A stretch of 64,000 nucleotides of DNA. Origin: Anaeromyxobacter sp. GTDB lineage: Bacteria > Myxococcota > Myxococcia > Myxococcales > Anaeromyxobacteraceae. Where the stretch lies: positions 145,472 to 209,471 of the forward strand of contig JASGJN010000023.1 in the NCBI GenBank assembly GCA_049840735.1. The letters are read 5' to 3'. Shown one piece after another: positions 1 through 11,730 of the stretch. A program made the translations under genes and the position numbers. Numbering within the stretch: position 1 is the first letter of the stretch; every line of letters begins with the position of its first letter. Under the pieces are notes generated by a model. It did no database searches and was not told where the DNA came from. It saw only the letters and a program-made list of their open reading frames with translations.

Positions 1-348
1 CTCCACCGCCTCGGCGCCGCTGTTGAGCAGGACGGTCTTCTTCGGCGCGTCGCCGGGCGGCAGCGCGTTGAGGCGCGCCGCGACGTCCACGTAGGGCGCG
101 TACATGGCCACGTGGAAGCAGGCGTGGAGCAGCTTCTCCGCCTGCGCCTTCACCGCCTCGACCACCTTGGGGTGGGCGTGGCCGACGTTGTCCACGCCGA
201 TGCCGCCCGCGAAGTCGATCAGCTCGCGGCCGTCGAGGTCCACCATCACGGCGCCGCGAGCCTCCCGGATCACGGTCCGGTGGACGTTGCCGACGCCGCG
301 CGGGACGTGGCGGTCGCGGAGGGCGAGGTACTCCGCCTGCGTGGACAT
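1..348 (-). CDS. gabT: 4-aminobutyrate aminotransferase (class III PLP aminotransferase), 5' part; runs off window
   Basis: Manual minus-strand translation from ATG 348: MSTQAEYLALRDRHVPRGVGNV...LIDFAGGIGVDNVGHAHPKVV...LLNSGAEAVE, typical GabT N-terminus; gabD nearby. Confidence 0.9.
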   Translation of the reverse strand, partial: MSTQAEYLALRDRHVPRGVGNVHRTVIREARGAVMVDLDGRELIDFAGGIGVDNVGHAHPKVVEAVKAQAEKLLHACFHVAMYAPYVDVAARLNALPPGDAPKKTVLLNSGAEAVE

Positions 349-432
349 GGTGCGTGTGGCTCCCTGGCGGCTCGACCCGGCGGGGCCGGCCGACCTGCGT
401 TCACCCTGCGTGGATGACTTCGCGGGAAGGAG

Positions 433-448
433 AGCACCCGGCGTGCCA
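433..448 (-). promoter_or_regulatory. sigma54 -24/-12 promoter for gabT
   Basis: Minus strand TGGCACGCCGGGTGCT = TGGCAC with GG-N10-GC spacing, about 85 bp upstream of gabT ATG, beside a sigma54 activator gene. Confidence 0.75.
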
Positions 449-546
449 AGCGAGGCCGCTCGGGGCCGCTCCCCCCGCGGAGCGCGCGGCGGAGCCGAAA
501 CCCGCGCCGTCCCTGGGGGTGGCCCCCGGGGCCTGCCGTGGCGGCG

Positions 547-579
547 ATGCAGGATTGCCTGCCTCATGCCGATGTGCAT
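547..579. promoter_or_regulatory. Putative enhancer (UAS) pair ATGC-N6-GC(A/C)T
   Basis: ATGCAGGATTGCCT (547-560) and ATGCCGATGTGCAT (566-579); same palindrome recurs at 2216-2229 upstream of gabD. Confidence 0.55.
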
Positions 580-588
580 AGCTGCGCC

Positions 589-2088
<1,500 letters not shown>

Positions 2089-2090
2089 CA

Positions 2091-2121
2091 CCGTTCGTGC
2101 CGGCGAAGCCGGCACGAACCG
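2091..2121. repeat. Perfect hairpin with the CCGTTCGTG terminus shared with a dispersed palindromic repeat; may also act as terminator
   Basis: GTTCGTGCCGGC-GAA-GCCGGCACGAAC immediately after stop codon. Confidence 0.6.
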
Positions 2122-2215
2122 CCTCTGGTCCTGGCCCCGGCTTCGCTCGGAACGGGCCGGGGCCCGGTTCGCAGGCAGCCCCTGCCTGCGCACGGTCCGG
2201 CTTCACCTTCCGGCG

Positions 2216-2229
2216 ATGCAGGCGGGCAT
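2216..2229. promoter_or_regulatory. Putative enhancer site upstream of gabD
   Basis: ATGCAGGCGGGCAT palindrome, preceded by the same CGGCG as the 547 site; 100 bp upstream of sigma54 promoter. Confidence 0.55.
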
Positions 2230-2315
2230 GAGGTGCCCCGGGCAGGGCGCGCAGCGGCGGTCGCCGGCGCCGCTGCGCTCCGTCCGGACGCGGGCTTGGA
2301 GCGCTAGACGGCTCG

Positions 2316-2331
2316 TGGCACGGTTCTGGCT
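2316..2331 (+). promoter_or_regulatory. sigma54 -24/-12 promoter for gabD
   Basis: TGGCACGGTTCTGGCT, GG-N10-GC, 50 bp upstream of ATG 2381. Confidence 0.75.
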
Positions 2332-2380
2332 CTTCCCCGACCCAGCTCCAGAGCCCGCGCCCGGCGCGAGAGGATCGACG

Positions 2381-3853
2381 ATGCCCGCCCCTGTTCCGCT
2401 GAAGGACGACTTCCTGCTCCGCCAGCGCGCCTACCTGCGCGGCGCGTGGACAGAGGCGGACGACGGCCGGACCATCCCCGTCACCAACCCGGCCAGCGGC
2501 GAGGTGATCGGCACCGTGCCGCGCATGGGCGCCGCCGAGACCCGCCGCGCCATCGAGGCGGCCGAGGACGCGCTGCCCGGCTGGCGGTCGCGCACCGCCA
2601 GGGAGCGCGCCGCCGTCCTGCGCCGCTGGTTCGAGCTGGTGATGCAGAACCAGGAGGACCTGGCCACCCTCATGACCGCCGAGCAGGGAAAGCCCATGAC
2701 CGAGTCGCGCGGCGAGATCGCCTACGCGGCCTCCTACCTCGAGTGGTTCTCCGAGGAGGGGAAGCGGGTCTACGGCGACACCATCCCCGGCCACCAGGCC
2801 GACAAGCGCATCCTGGTGCTGAAGGAGCCGGTGGGCGTGGTGGCCGCCATCACCCCCTGGAACTTCCCCGCCGCCATGATCACCCGCAAGGCCGCCGCGG
2901 CCCTGGCCGCCGGCTGCACCGTGGTGGTGAAGCCCGCCACCGCCACCCCCTTCTCCGCGCTGGCGCTGGCCGAGCTGGGCGAGCGCGCCGGCCTGCCGCC
3001 GGGCGCGCTCAACGTGGTCACCGGCGACTCCGGCCCCATCGGCCGCGAGCTGACCTCCCACCCGGCCGTGCGCAAGCTCTCCTTCACCGGCTCCACCGAG
3101 GTGGGCAAGCAGCTGATGGCCCAGTGCGCCGGCACCATGAAGAAGGTCTCGATGGAGCTGGGCGGCAACGCGCCCTTCCTGGTCTTCGACGACGCCGACG
3201 TGGACGCGGCCGTGGTGGGCGCGCTGGCCTCCAAGTACCGCAACAGCGGCCAGACCTGCGTCTGCACCAACCGCTTCCTGGTGCAGGCCGGGATCCACGA
3301 CGCCTTCGCGCGCAAGCTGGCCGAGGCGGTGGGCAAGCTGAAGGTGGGCGACGGGCTGCAGGCCGGGACGCAGCAGGGGCCGCTCATCGACGAGGCGGCG
3401 GTGAAGAAGGTGGAGGAGCACCTGGCCGACGCGCTGCGGAAGGGCGGCAAGGTGCTGGCCGGCGGCGCGCGCCACGCGCTGGGCGGGACCTTCTTCCAGC
3501 CCACGGTGATCGTGGGCGCCACGCCGGAGATGGCGCTGGCGCGGGAGGAGACCTTCGGCCCGGTGGCCCCGCTGTTCCGCTTCGAGACCGAGGCCGAGGC
3601 CATCCAGCTGGCCAACGACACCGAGTTCGGCCTGGCCGCCTACTGCTACACCCGCGACCTGGCGCGGGCCTGGCGCGTCTCCGAGGCGCTCGAGTACGGC
3701 ATGGTGGGGCTCAACACCGGCCTCATCTCCACCGAGGTGGCGCCCTTCGGCGGCGTGAAGGAGTCCGGCGTCGGCCGCGAGGGGTCGAAGTACGGCATCG
3801 AGGACTACCTGGTGGTGAAGTACGTCTGCATCGGGGGGATCGGGCCGGCCTGA
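2381..3853 (+). CDS. gabD: NAD(P)-dependent succinate-semialdehyde dehydrogenase
   Basis: AAITPWNFP, SFTGSTEVGK, MELGGNAP, NSGQTCVC, EETFGPV, PFGGVKESG motifs; GAGG RBS before ATG 2381. Confidence 0.93.
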   Translation: MPAPVPLKDDFLLRQRAYLRGAWTEADDGRTIPVTNPASGEVIGTVPRMGAAETRRAIEAAEDALPGWRSRTARERAAVLRRWFELVMQNQEDLATLMTAEQGKPMTESRGEIAYAASYLEWFSEEGKRVYGDTIPGHQADKRILVLKEPVGVVAAITPWNFPAAMITRKAAAALAAGCTVVVKPATATPFSALALAELGERAGLPPGALNVVTGDSGPIGRELTSHPAVRKLSFTGSTEVGKQLMAQCAGTMKKVSMELGGNAPFLVFDDADVDAAVVGALASKYRNSGQTCVCTNRFLVQAGIHDAFARKLAEAVGKLKVGDGLQAGTQQGPLIDEAAVKKVEEHLADALRKGGKVLAGGARHALGGTFFQPTVIVGATPEMALAREETFGPVAPLFRFETEAEAIQLANDTEFGLAAYCYTRDLARAWRVSEALEYGMVGLNTGLISTEVAPFGGVKESGVGREGSKYGIEDYLVVKYVCIGGIGPA

Positions 3854-4005
3854 GCGGGCCGCGGGCGCAAGGCCTCGGGTGAGGCGCCGCTCCGGCGGCC
3901 CATCGGGAGCCGCCCTGCGCCTCGCCCCCGAAACTTCACCTGACCGGCGCAGCGGCGTCGCGCGTCCAGGGCACAACTCCTCCGCACCGAACGGAGGACC
4001 TCCCC

Positions 4006-4497
4006 TTGCCCCACGCGCTGGTCGCGCTCGCGCTGCTGCTGTCATCCCCGCCCGCCGGCCCCTCGGCGGACCCCGCCCGGCTCGAGCTGGCGCGGCTCCA
4101 CGTCCAGACGCCCGCCGGTCCCCGCCTGTCACCCGAGGTCGAGGCGCTGCGCGGCCGGCGCGTGCGCGTGGCCGGCTACATGGCGCGCATGGAGGACCCG
4201 CCCCGCGGCGCGCTCTACCTGACGCTCGCGCCCATCGAGGCCGAGGAGGGCGGCGCCGGCACCGGCGATCTCCCGCCCGGCGCGCTGCGGGTCGAGCTCC
4301 CCGCGCTCGCCGGCGAGGAGGTGCCCTGGGTGCCGGACGTGATCGAGGCCGTCGGCACGCTCGAGGTGGGCCGCGCCGAGGACCCCGGCGGCCGCGTCTC
4401 CTTCCTCCGCGTGGTGGTCGACGCCGCGCCCTCCCAGCCTGCCGCCTCGTCCGAGGCGGATCACCCCAGCCGTCCGCAGAAGGAGAACAACCCTTGA
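4006..4497 (+). CDS. Exported hypothetical protein (possible OB-fold, DUF3299-like)
   Basis: Signal-peptide-like N-terminus, LRGRRVRVAGYM motif, GGAGG RBS; stop overlaps TTG start of phosphatase. Confidence 0.6.
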   Translation: MPHALVALALLLSSPPAGPSADPARLELARLHVQTPAGPRLSPEVEALRGRRVRVAGYMARMEDPPRGALYLTLAPIEAEEGGAGTGDLPPGALRVELPALAGEEVPWVPDVIEAVGTLEVGRAEDPGGRVSFLRVVVDAAPSQPAASSEADHPSRPQKENNP

Positions 4498-6495
4498 GAA
4501 CGACCCGCCTGCTCGCCCTCCTCGCCCTGCTCGCCCCGGCCCTCGCGGCGCGGGCCGAGGTGAGCGAGGTCCGCCTGATGCCCCCCAGCGGCGCGCGCTT
4601 CCTCCCCGGCCAGCGCTTCGACGTCCGCGTCGAGGGCAGGAGCCTCTCCTCGTCGCCGGCCTACGCCGCCAGCCTCACCGTCGACGGGCGCCCCGTCGCC
4701 TTCACCTCCGCGGCCGATCCCGTGACCACCGACGGGATCACGGCCAAGGGCTACGGCGGGTTCGACGTCCGCGCCTTCACCCTCCGCCGCCCGGGCAAGC
4801 ACGTCCTCAGCGCCACCTTCACCGACGGCGCCGGCGCGCCCGTCACCGTGACCTCGGAGATCGAGGTGGTGCGCATCGGCAGCGGCCAGGGCGTGAAGAA
4901 CGTGATCATCTTCCTCGGCGACGGCATGGGCGCCGCGCACCGCACCGCGGCGCGCATCGTGAGCAAGGGCGTGACCGCCGGCGATCCGGACGGCTGGCTC
5001 CACATGGACGGCATGCCCGGGACCGGGCTGGTCTCCACCTCCTCGCTCAACAGCATCGTCACCGACTCCGCCCCGGGCATGGCCTGCTACAGCACCGGCA
5101 ACCACGCCCAGAATGGCCAGGAGGGCGTCTTCCCGGCCCAGGTGACCAGCCCGTTCCTAGCGCCGCGGGTGGAGTACCTGGGCGCCTACCTGCACCGGAC
5201 CCAGGGCAAGGCGCTGGGCATCGTCTCCACGGCCGACCTCGAGGACGCCACGCCGGCCGCCAACGCCGTCTACACCGCCAACCGCGGCGCCGGGACCGGC
5301 ATCGTGGACCAGTACCTGGACGAGTCCGACGCGGGCGACAGCGGCCAGTTCGGCAGCGGCCTGCGCGTGCTCCTGGGCGGCGGCCGCCGCTGGTTCGTCC
5401 CCTCGAACGCGGCCAACCCGTACTCCTCGCGCGCCACCGGCTCCGACTACGGCCCGCTCCCCGCCGACCTCGTGGCCGGGTGGGGCCTCCCGGCCGCCGC
5501 CGCCGGCAAGGTGGACGTGGAGCGCGACCTGGTGGGCGACTTCCAGGCCGCCGGCTTCACCTACGCGGCCGACAAGGCCGGGCTCGACGCCGCGCTGGCC
5601 GGCCGGCCGCGCCGGCTGCTGGGGCTCTTCGCCTGGGGCAACATGAACGTGGCCCTGGACAAGATCGACGCCCGCCGCGCCCGCGCCGGGGTGGCCGGCG
5701 CCAGCGACCAGGTGGTGCAGGACCACCAGGCGCCGGATCAGCCCATGCTCGACGAGCTGACCAGCGCCGCCCTGACCGTGCTGGACCGCAGCCGCCGCGG
5801 CTTCGTGCTGATGGTGGAGGGCGCGCACATCGACAAGCAGTCGCACAACATGGACGCGGAGCGGGCCATCGGCGACGTGATCGAGCTCGACCGGGCCATC
5901 GGCGTCGGCCTGGAGTACGCGAGGCGCGAGGGGAACACGCTGGTGCTGGTGACGGCGGACCACGAGTGCTCCGGCTTCTCGCTCATCGGCGCGCTCTCCG
6001 GCCAGTCGGTGGCGCAGCTCCGCGGCCTGCCCTCCGACGCCGCGGCGCTCGATCCCGCCGTGGCTCCGCTGCGGCAGGCGGCGGTGGGGACCTACGACAG
6101 CGCCAGGTTCCCGCGCTACAGCGCGCAGGGCGACGGCTACCCCGCCTCCTACGACGTCGACGGCAAGCTGCTGGTCGGCTTCGGCGCCGGCGGCGACCGG
6201 TTCGAGAGCTGGCTGACGCCCGGCAGGCCCAGCCGCGAGAGCCTGACGCCCTCGAGGCTCGCCTCCGAGCTCGGCGCGAAGGGCTACGCGAGCAGCCCGG
6301 TGGCGCGCGCGGACAAGGCCGGCGGGTTCTTCATCCGCGGCCAGGCCGTGGGGCGGGAGCAGGCGGTCCACACCGCCACCGACGTGCCGCTCTCCGCCTA
6401 CGCGAGGAACCCGTTCGCCTGGCTTCCCTTCGTCGGCGTGCAGCGCAACACCGACGTCTTCTTCAAGAATCGCGCAGGTGGTCGGGGACGATTAG
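4494..6495 (+). CDS. phoA: Alkaline phosphatase (PhoA family) with N-terminal Ig-like extension; +1 frameshift at about 6468
   Basis: KNVIIFLGDGMG, VTDSA, DATPA, LMVEGAHIDKQSH, VTADHE, HTATDVP; deleting one A in GAATC gives ...FFKIAQVVGDD* at 6495. Confidence 0.85.
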
Positions 6496-6697
6496 CCGGC
6501 TGCGCCACGGGCTGCGCCCCGCCCCGCCCCGCGGTGGCGGGGCGCACCTGCTTCAGCGCCGGTAGGTGCATGCAGTCGCGGCGGCGCGGATGTGCGACGC
6601 GGCCGCCGCGATATCCCTGCCAGCAGCGACTTTCCAGCGGTCCCCCGCTCCCGGCAGCCGACCGACCAAGGGTAGACTCGGCGGGCGAGGGTAGACC

Positions 6698-9600
6698 GTG
6701 GCTCGTCCAGCGAAGGGCAAGACCCCGAGGTCCAGGACCGCGGGCGCGAAGGCTTCCGGCTCCGATCGGCGGCGGGCGATCCGCTTCGCGGTCTGGCTGC
6801 GCGTGGACTACGCCGCCGAGGGCCGGCGGACCTTCAACTACTCGTCCAACCTGAGCCCGGTGGGCGTCCACCTGCGCGGCGCCACCCGCCTCGAGCTGGG
6901 CCAGGAGCTGCCCATCGAGCTGCGCCTCAAGACCGAGAAGGAGCCGGTGCAGCTGCAGGCCGTGGTGCGCCACGTGGTGGGCGGCGCCCAGGCCGGCGCC
7001 GGGCTGGAGTTCCTGCCCGGCCAGCCCGAGGCCATCGCCGCGGTCCGCCGCTTCCTGCAGGAGGAGGTGGTCGCGAAGCTGGAGGTGGGCCTCTCGCGCT
7101 CGCTGGCCAACGCGGCCAACGTCGAGCTGCTGGGCGCCTACTACGTCGAGACCGGGCGGGGCGACGAGGCGGTGGAGCTGTACCGGGGCGGCCTCGAGGC
7201 CACCCCCACCGCGCTGCCGCTGTACGAGGGGCTGTGCCGGCTGCTGGCGGTCCAGGCCCGGGGCGGCGGGGCGGGCGCCGCCGCGCTGGAGGAGCTGGAG
7301 GCGCGGCTGGCCCAGGGCGCCGAGGCGGGCGAGAGCCCGGTGCTGGAGGACCTGCAGCGCCAGGCGGCCGACCTGCGCCGCACGCAGGAGCGGCGCCGGC
7401 GCGAGGAGGCGCAGCGCGAGGCCGAGCAGCGCAAGCGGGAGGAGAAGGAGAAGGAGGACAAGCTCCGCGCCGCGCTGGCGAAGGAGGCGCAGGCCCAGCT
7501 GGAGAAGGAGCTGGCCGCCCGCCGGCGCGAGCAGGACAAGGAGCTGGAGGCCCGGGCCAGGGAGGCGGAGAAGGAGCTGGCCGAGGAGCGCCGCGGGCTC
7601 AAGGCCGAGCGGGCCGCGCTGGCCACCCTGGGCGAGGGGCTGAAGGAGCAGGAGGAGAAGCTCGGGCGCCAGGGCCAGAAGCTGGGGCAGCGCGCCGCCA
7701 AGCTGGACGAGGAGCGGCAGGCGCTGCTGGCCGACGTGGAGGCCCAGCGGGCGGTGCTGCGCGAGAAGGAGAAGGCGGTGGCCGGCCGCCTGGCCGGGAT
7801 CGCCGGCGAGGAGGAGGCCGCGGCCGAGCGGGTCAAGGCGCGGCAGCGCGAGCTGGCGGCGGAGGAGAAGGAGCTGGCGCGCCAGCAGGCGGCGCTGGGC
7901 GAGGCCGAGAGGCTGGTGGCGGCGCTGGAGAAGGCCCGCGGGGACGCGGCGCAGCTCCGCCGCGAGCTGAAGGACTCCGCGACCGAGCGCGAGCAGCGCG
8001 AGGCGGCGCTGCGGGCGCAGGAGAAGGCGGCGGCGCAGGCGGCGCGGGCGCTGGAGGAGGCGCAGTCGGCCCGGGCGGCGCTCGAGGCCAGGCTGGAGAA
8101 GCTGCGCGAGGACCTGCAGGCCATCCGGCGCGAGGCGGCGCGCGCGGCGGAGCGCCAGGCGGAGCTGGAGCGCGAGGGCGCGGCGCTGCGGGCCGAGCTG
8201 GAGCGGCGCGAGGCGCGCGACGCGGAGGCGGCCGCGGCCGCCGCCGCCGTGGAGGCGACGCGCGAGCAGCTGGTGACGCAGGGCGAGCGGCTGGCCGAGC
8301 TGGCGCGGGCGGTGGACGCGGAGCGGGCCACCTTCGCCGCGCAGCGCGAGGAGCTGGCGCGGCTGCGGTCGGCGCTGGACGGCGACGGCGAGCGGCTGGC
8401 GGGCGACCGCCGGGAGCTCGAGGCCGGACGCGAGGCGCTGGCGCGGCTCCGCGCCGAGGTGGAGGCCGGGGCGACCCGCCTGGCGGAGGCGGAGCAGCGC
8501 CACGCCGGGGAGCACGCCGCCCTGGAGGAGGCGCGGCTGGGGCTGGAGACGGCGCAGGCCGAGCTGCAGGGCCGGGCCGAGGTCCAGGCCGAGGCGCGCC
8601 AGGCGCTGTTCGACGGCGAGCTGCGGCTCGCCGACGCCCGGGCGGCGCTGGCGGCCGGCGAGCAGCGGCTGGGCGAGGAGCGCGCGGCCCTGGAGGCGGC
8701 GCGGGCCGAGCTGGACGGCGCGCGCGCGGCGCTGGAGGCGCAGGCGCGGGGCGCGGCGGAGGCGCGCGAGGCGCTGGTCGCGGAGCGGGCCGCGCTCGAC
8801 GCTGCGCGGGCCGGGCTGGACGGGACGCGCGAGGACCTGGAGGCCCGGCGCGCCGGGCTGGACGCGGCGCGCGGCGAGCTGGAGGCGCGCGGCCAGGCGC
8901 TGGCGGACGCCGAGGGGGCGCAGCGCGAGGCCGCCGGGCAGCTGGCGCGCGAGCGCGAGGAGCTGCAGGCGGCGCAGGCGCGGCTGGAGGCCGCGCGGGC
9001 CGAGCTGGAGGCGCGCGCGCAGGGCGTGGCCGGCACCGAGCGGTCGCTGGCCCAGGAGCAGGAGGCGCTGGCGTCGGCGCGGCAGGAGATCGAGGCGCTG
9101 CGCGGCGAGGTGGCCGACGGCGAGCGCACCCTGGCCGCCGAGCACGAGGCGCTGGCCTCGGCGCGGGCGGAGATCGAGGGGCTGCGGCGGGACGTGGCCG
9201 CGGCCGAGCGGAGCCTGGCCGACGAGCGCAAGGCGCTGGCCATCGCGCAGGTGGAGCTGGAGGCGCGCGCGCAGGGGCTGGGCGGCACCGAGCGGAGCCT
9301 GGCCGAGGAGCGCCACGCGCTGGCGCTGGGACGCGCCGAGCAGGAGTCGCGCGAGGGGACCATCCGGGCCACCGCGCAGGCGCTGGCGGAGGAGCGGGGC
9401 GCGCTGGAGGCGGCCCGGGCCGAGCTGGAGGGCCACCGGCAGGCGGCGGCCGCGGCGGCCTGGCAGCTGGCCGACGAGCGCGAGGTCCTGGCCGGGCAGC
9501 GGACCGCGCTCGAGGCCCGGGCCGAGGCGGTGGCCGAGGCGGAGCGGGCGCTGGCCGGCGAGCGCGAGGCGCTCGAGGCGGAGCGGTCCACCACCGCCGA

Positions 9601-11200
9601 GGCCCAGCGCGCCGCGGCCGACGCGCAGGGGCAGGCCGCGGCCGAGGCGGAGCGCCGGCTGGCGGAGGACCGCGCGCTGCTGGAGGCGGACCGGATCGCC
9701 GCGGCCGAGGCGCGCGCGGCGGTGGAGCGGGAGCGGGCCGCCCTGGCGCAGGAGCGCGAGGCGATGGCGGCCGAGCGCGACGCGGTGCGAGGCGAGCTGG
9801 ACGCCCAGGCCGCGGCGCTGGCCGAGGCGGAGCGCCAGGCCGGCGAGGCCGGGCGCCGGGCCGCGGAGGAGCGGCAGGCGCTGGAGGCCGCGCGCGCCGA
9901 GGGCGAGGTGCGCGCCGCCGGGCTGACCGGCGCAGAGCGGAGCCTCACCCAGGAGCGCGACGCGCTGGCGGCGGTCCGCGCCGCGCTCGACGCGCGCGCC
10001 GGCGAGCTCTCCGCGGCGGCGCAGGCCGCGGCGGCGGATCGCGAGGCGACCGCGACCGCGCGGGCGGAGGCCGAGGGCCGGGCCCAGGCGCTGGCCGCGG
10101 CCGAGAAGAGCCTGGTGGACGAGCGGGCGGCGCTGGCGGCCGGGTACGTGCAGCTGGAGACGCGGACCCAGGCGCTGGCGGCGGTCGAGAGCAGCCTGGA
10201 CGAGGAGCGGGCGGCGCTGCAGCAGGCCCGCGCCGAGCTGGACGCGCAGCGGCACGAGGCGGCCGAGGCCCAGCGGCAGCTGGCGGAGGCCCGGGCGGCG
10301 CTGGACGCGGCCCGGGCCGCGCTGGAGGGTGAGCAGCGCGAGGGCGCGAGCGCCAGCCGGGCGCTGGCGGACGAGCGCGGCGCGCTGGCCCGCGACCGCG
10401 CCGAGCTGGAGGCCCGGGTGCAGGCGCTGGCCGCCGCGGAGCGCGGCGTGGCCGAGGCGGGCGAGCGGCTGGCGCGGGAGCGCGCCGCGCACGAGTCGCG
10501 CGCGGCCGACACCACCGCCATGGAGCAGCTCCTGGCCGAGGAGCGCGAGCTCCTGACCAGCGCGCGGGCCGAGCTGGACGCGCGGACGACCGGGCTGGCC
10601 GCCTCCGAGCAGGCGCTGGCCGAGGCGCAGCAGGCGCTGGAGGCGCGCCGGGCCGGGCTGGAGGCGGCCCGCGCTGCGCCGGCGGTGCTGGCCGCGGTGG
10701 CGCAGGCCGTGGAGGCGGGCGCTGAGGGCGAGGTGGCGGCGGCGCCGGAGCCGGAGCCGCAGCCCAAGCCGGAGCAGCCTGCCGCCGCCGAGGCGGCGCC
10801 GGCCGCACAGGCCGAGGTCGCCGCGGCGCCGCAGCCCGAGCCCGAGCGGCCGGTGGTCGCCGAGGTGGCGCCCGCCGTCGAGCCGAAGCCCGAGCCGGCC
10901 GCGCCGGCCGAGGCAGCGGTGGTCGCGCCGGAGTCCGAGGAGGACGAGGCCATCGTCACCGCCGCGGACTTCGACTCCGTCGAGGACGACGCCGCCGACG
11001 AGGAGGAGGCAATCGTCTCGACCGCCGACTTCGAGGTGGAGGACGAGTCCACCGAGGAGGAGGAGGCGGTGGTGGCCTTCGACTCGATCGAGGAGGAACC
11101 CGCCGGCGGGCTGGCCGGCGCGGAGGCGCCGACCGCGGCGCTGCTCGAGGGCAGCGAGGTGGCCGGATCGGCCGCGCAGGGCACGCGCCCGCCGGTCTAG
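6698..11200 (+). CDS. PilZ-domain, TPR-like, very long coiled-coil protein with acidic tail (1500 aa)
   Basis: RRRAIR (RxxxR) and NLSPVG (NxSxxG) PilZ motifs; over 1000 aa E/A/R/L heptads; P/E/A linker and D/E-rich C-terminus; GC3-rich codon pattern in this frame. Confidence 0.8.
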   Translation: MARPAKGKTPRSRTAGAKASGSDRRRAIRFAVWLRVDYAAEGRRTFNYSSNLSPVGVHLRGATRLELGQELPIELRLKTEKEPVQLQAVVRHVVGGAQAGAGLEFLPGQPEAIAAVRRFLQEEVVAKLEVGLSRSLANAANVELLGAYYVETGRGDEAVELYRGGLEATPTALPLYEGLCRLLAVQARGGGAGAAALEELEARLAQGAEAGESPVLEDLQRQAADLRRTQERRRREEAQREAEQRKREEKEKEDKLRAALAKEAQAQLEKELAARRREQDKELEARAREAEKELAEERRGLKAERAALATLGEGLKEQEEKLGRQGQKLGQRAAKLDEERQALLADVEAQRAVLREKEKAVAGRLAGIAGEEEAAAERVKARQRELAAEEKELARQQAALGEAERLVAALEKARGDAAQLRRELKDSATEREQREAALRAQEKAAAQAARALEEAQSARAALEARLEKLREDLQAIRREAARAAERQAELEREGAALRAELERREARDAEAAAAAAAVEATREQLVTQGERLAELARAVDAERATFAAQREELARLRSALDGDGERLAGDRRELEAGREALARLRAEVEAGATRLAEAEQRHAGEHAALEEARLGLETAQAELQGRAEVQAEARQALFDGELRLADARAALAAGEQRLGEERAALEAARAELDGARAALEAQARGAAEAREALVAERAALDAARAGLDGTREDLEARRAGLDAARGELEARGQALADAEGAQREAAGQLAREREELQAAQARLEAARAELEARAQGVAGTERSLAQEQEALASARQEIEALRGEVADGERTLAAEHEALASARAEIEGLRRDVAAAERSLADERKALAIAQVELEARAQGLGGTERSLAEERHALALGRAEQESREGTIRATAQALAEERGALEAARAELEGHRQAAAAAAWQLADEREVLAGQRTALEARAEAVAEAERALAGEREALEAERSTTAEAQRAAADAQGQAAAEAERRLAEDRALLEADRIAAAEARAAVERERAALAQEREAMAAERDAVRGELDAQAAALAEAERQAGEAGRRAAEERQALEAARAEGEVRAAGLTGAERSLTQERDALAAVRAALDARAGELSAAAQAAAADREATATARAEAEGRAQALAAAEKSLVDERAALAAGYVQLETRTQALAAVESSLDEERAALQQARAELDAQRHEAAEAQRQLAEARAALDAARAALEGEQREGASASRALADERGALARDRAELEARVQALAAAERGVAEAGERLARERAAHESRAADTTAMEQLLAEERELLTSARAELDARTTGLAASEQALAEAQQALEARRAGLEAARAAPAVLAAVAQAVEAGAEGEVAAAPEPEPQPKPEQPAAAEAAPAAQAEVAAAPQPEPERPVVAEVAPAVEPKPEPAAPAEAAVVAPESEEDEAIVTAADFDSVEDDAADEEEAIVSTADFEVEDESTEEEEAVVAFDSIEEEPAGGLAGAEAPTAALLEGSEVAGSAAQGTRPPV

Positions 11201-11730
11201 CTCGGCGGCGCCGCTCCGGGCGGGCCCTGCGCCGGAAGCAGGACGTCGTCCTGGTGAGCCGCGGCGCGGCGCGCCGCTGACACCTTTGGTGAAGAGGGGC
11301 GGTGGAGGGCTGCGCGGGCGCGGTCCGGCGCACGCGAATGGGCGGGCGCGGAGGTCGCACCGCCTCCATGAGAGGGCTCTCAGGGTTGGGTCGCTTGCCC
11401 CAGCGCGTGGTGCGATCGCCTTCGACTTTGCGTGGAATCGCAGCCCGGACCGACAGCAACCGCGCGTCCGTGTTGGCCGGCAACCCCGCACAGGCACGGC
11501 AAGAACCGGTCCGGGTCGGCCTCCGCAGGCGCCCCTGCGCCTCGCTCCGAACCCGCGGTGGGTAAAAAGTAAGAGCACCGGACCAATTGCGCCCGGTCAC
11601 GGCGTGGTCTGCGCTCCCGCGCGCATCATGCGACCCGCAAGGACGCGCCGATCCTCGACGGCGCGCGCCCGGGGGAGCGGGAGGGGCCCGCACTCCAGAG
11701 TCACAGGCAGGGTCGAGGGAGGGCAGTCCA

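Noticed and set aside
3877..3935. Shared CCCTGCGCCTCGC with 11533-11545
   Set aside because: 13-bp all-GC-rich match is plausible by chance; the gabD 3' hairpin needs no further explanation
6398..11578. Very long antisense and alternate-frame ORFs (1726, 1347 and 1032 aa here; also 31427..37111, 47603..51550, 55055..58234)
   Set aside because: Shadow ORFs expected in very GC-rich DNA with few stop codons; Arg/Gly/Pro/Ala-rich with no motifs, or chance joins of real genes via indels
11201..11730. Cyclic-dinucleotide (GEMM) riboswitch upstream of the nonaheme cytochrome
   Set aside because: Could not find the conserved GEMM core by eye; a covariance-model search would be needed
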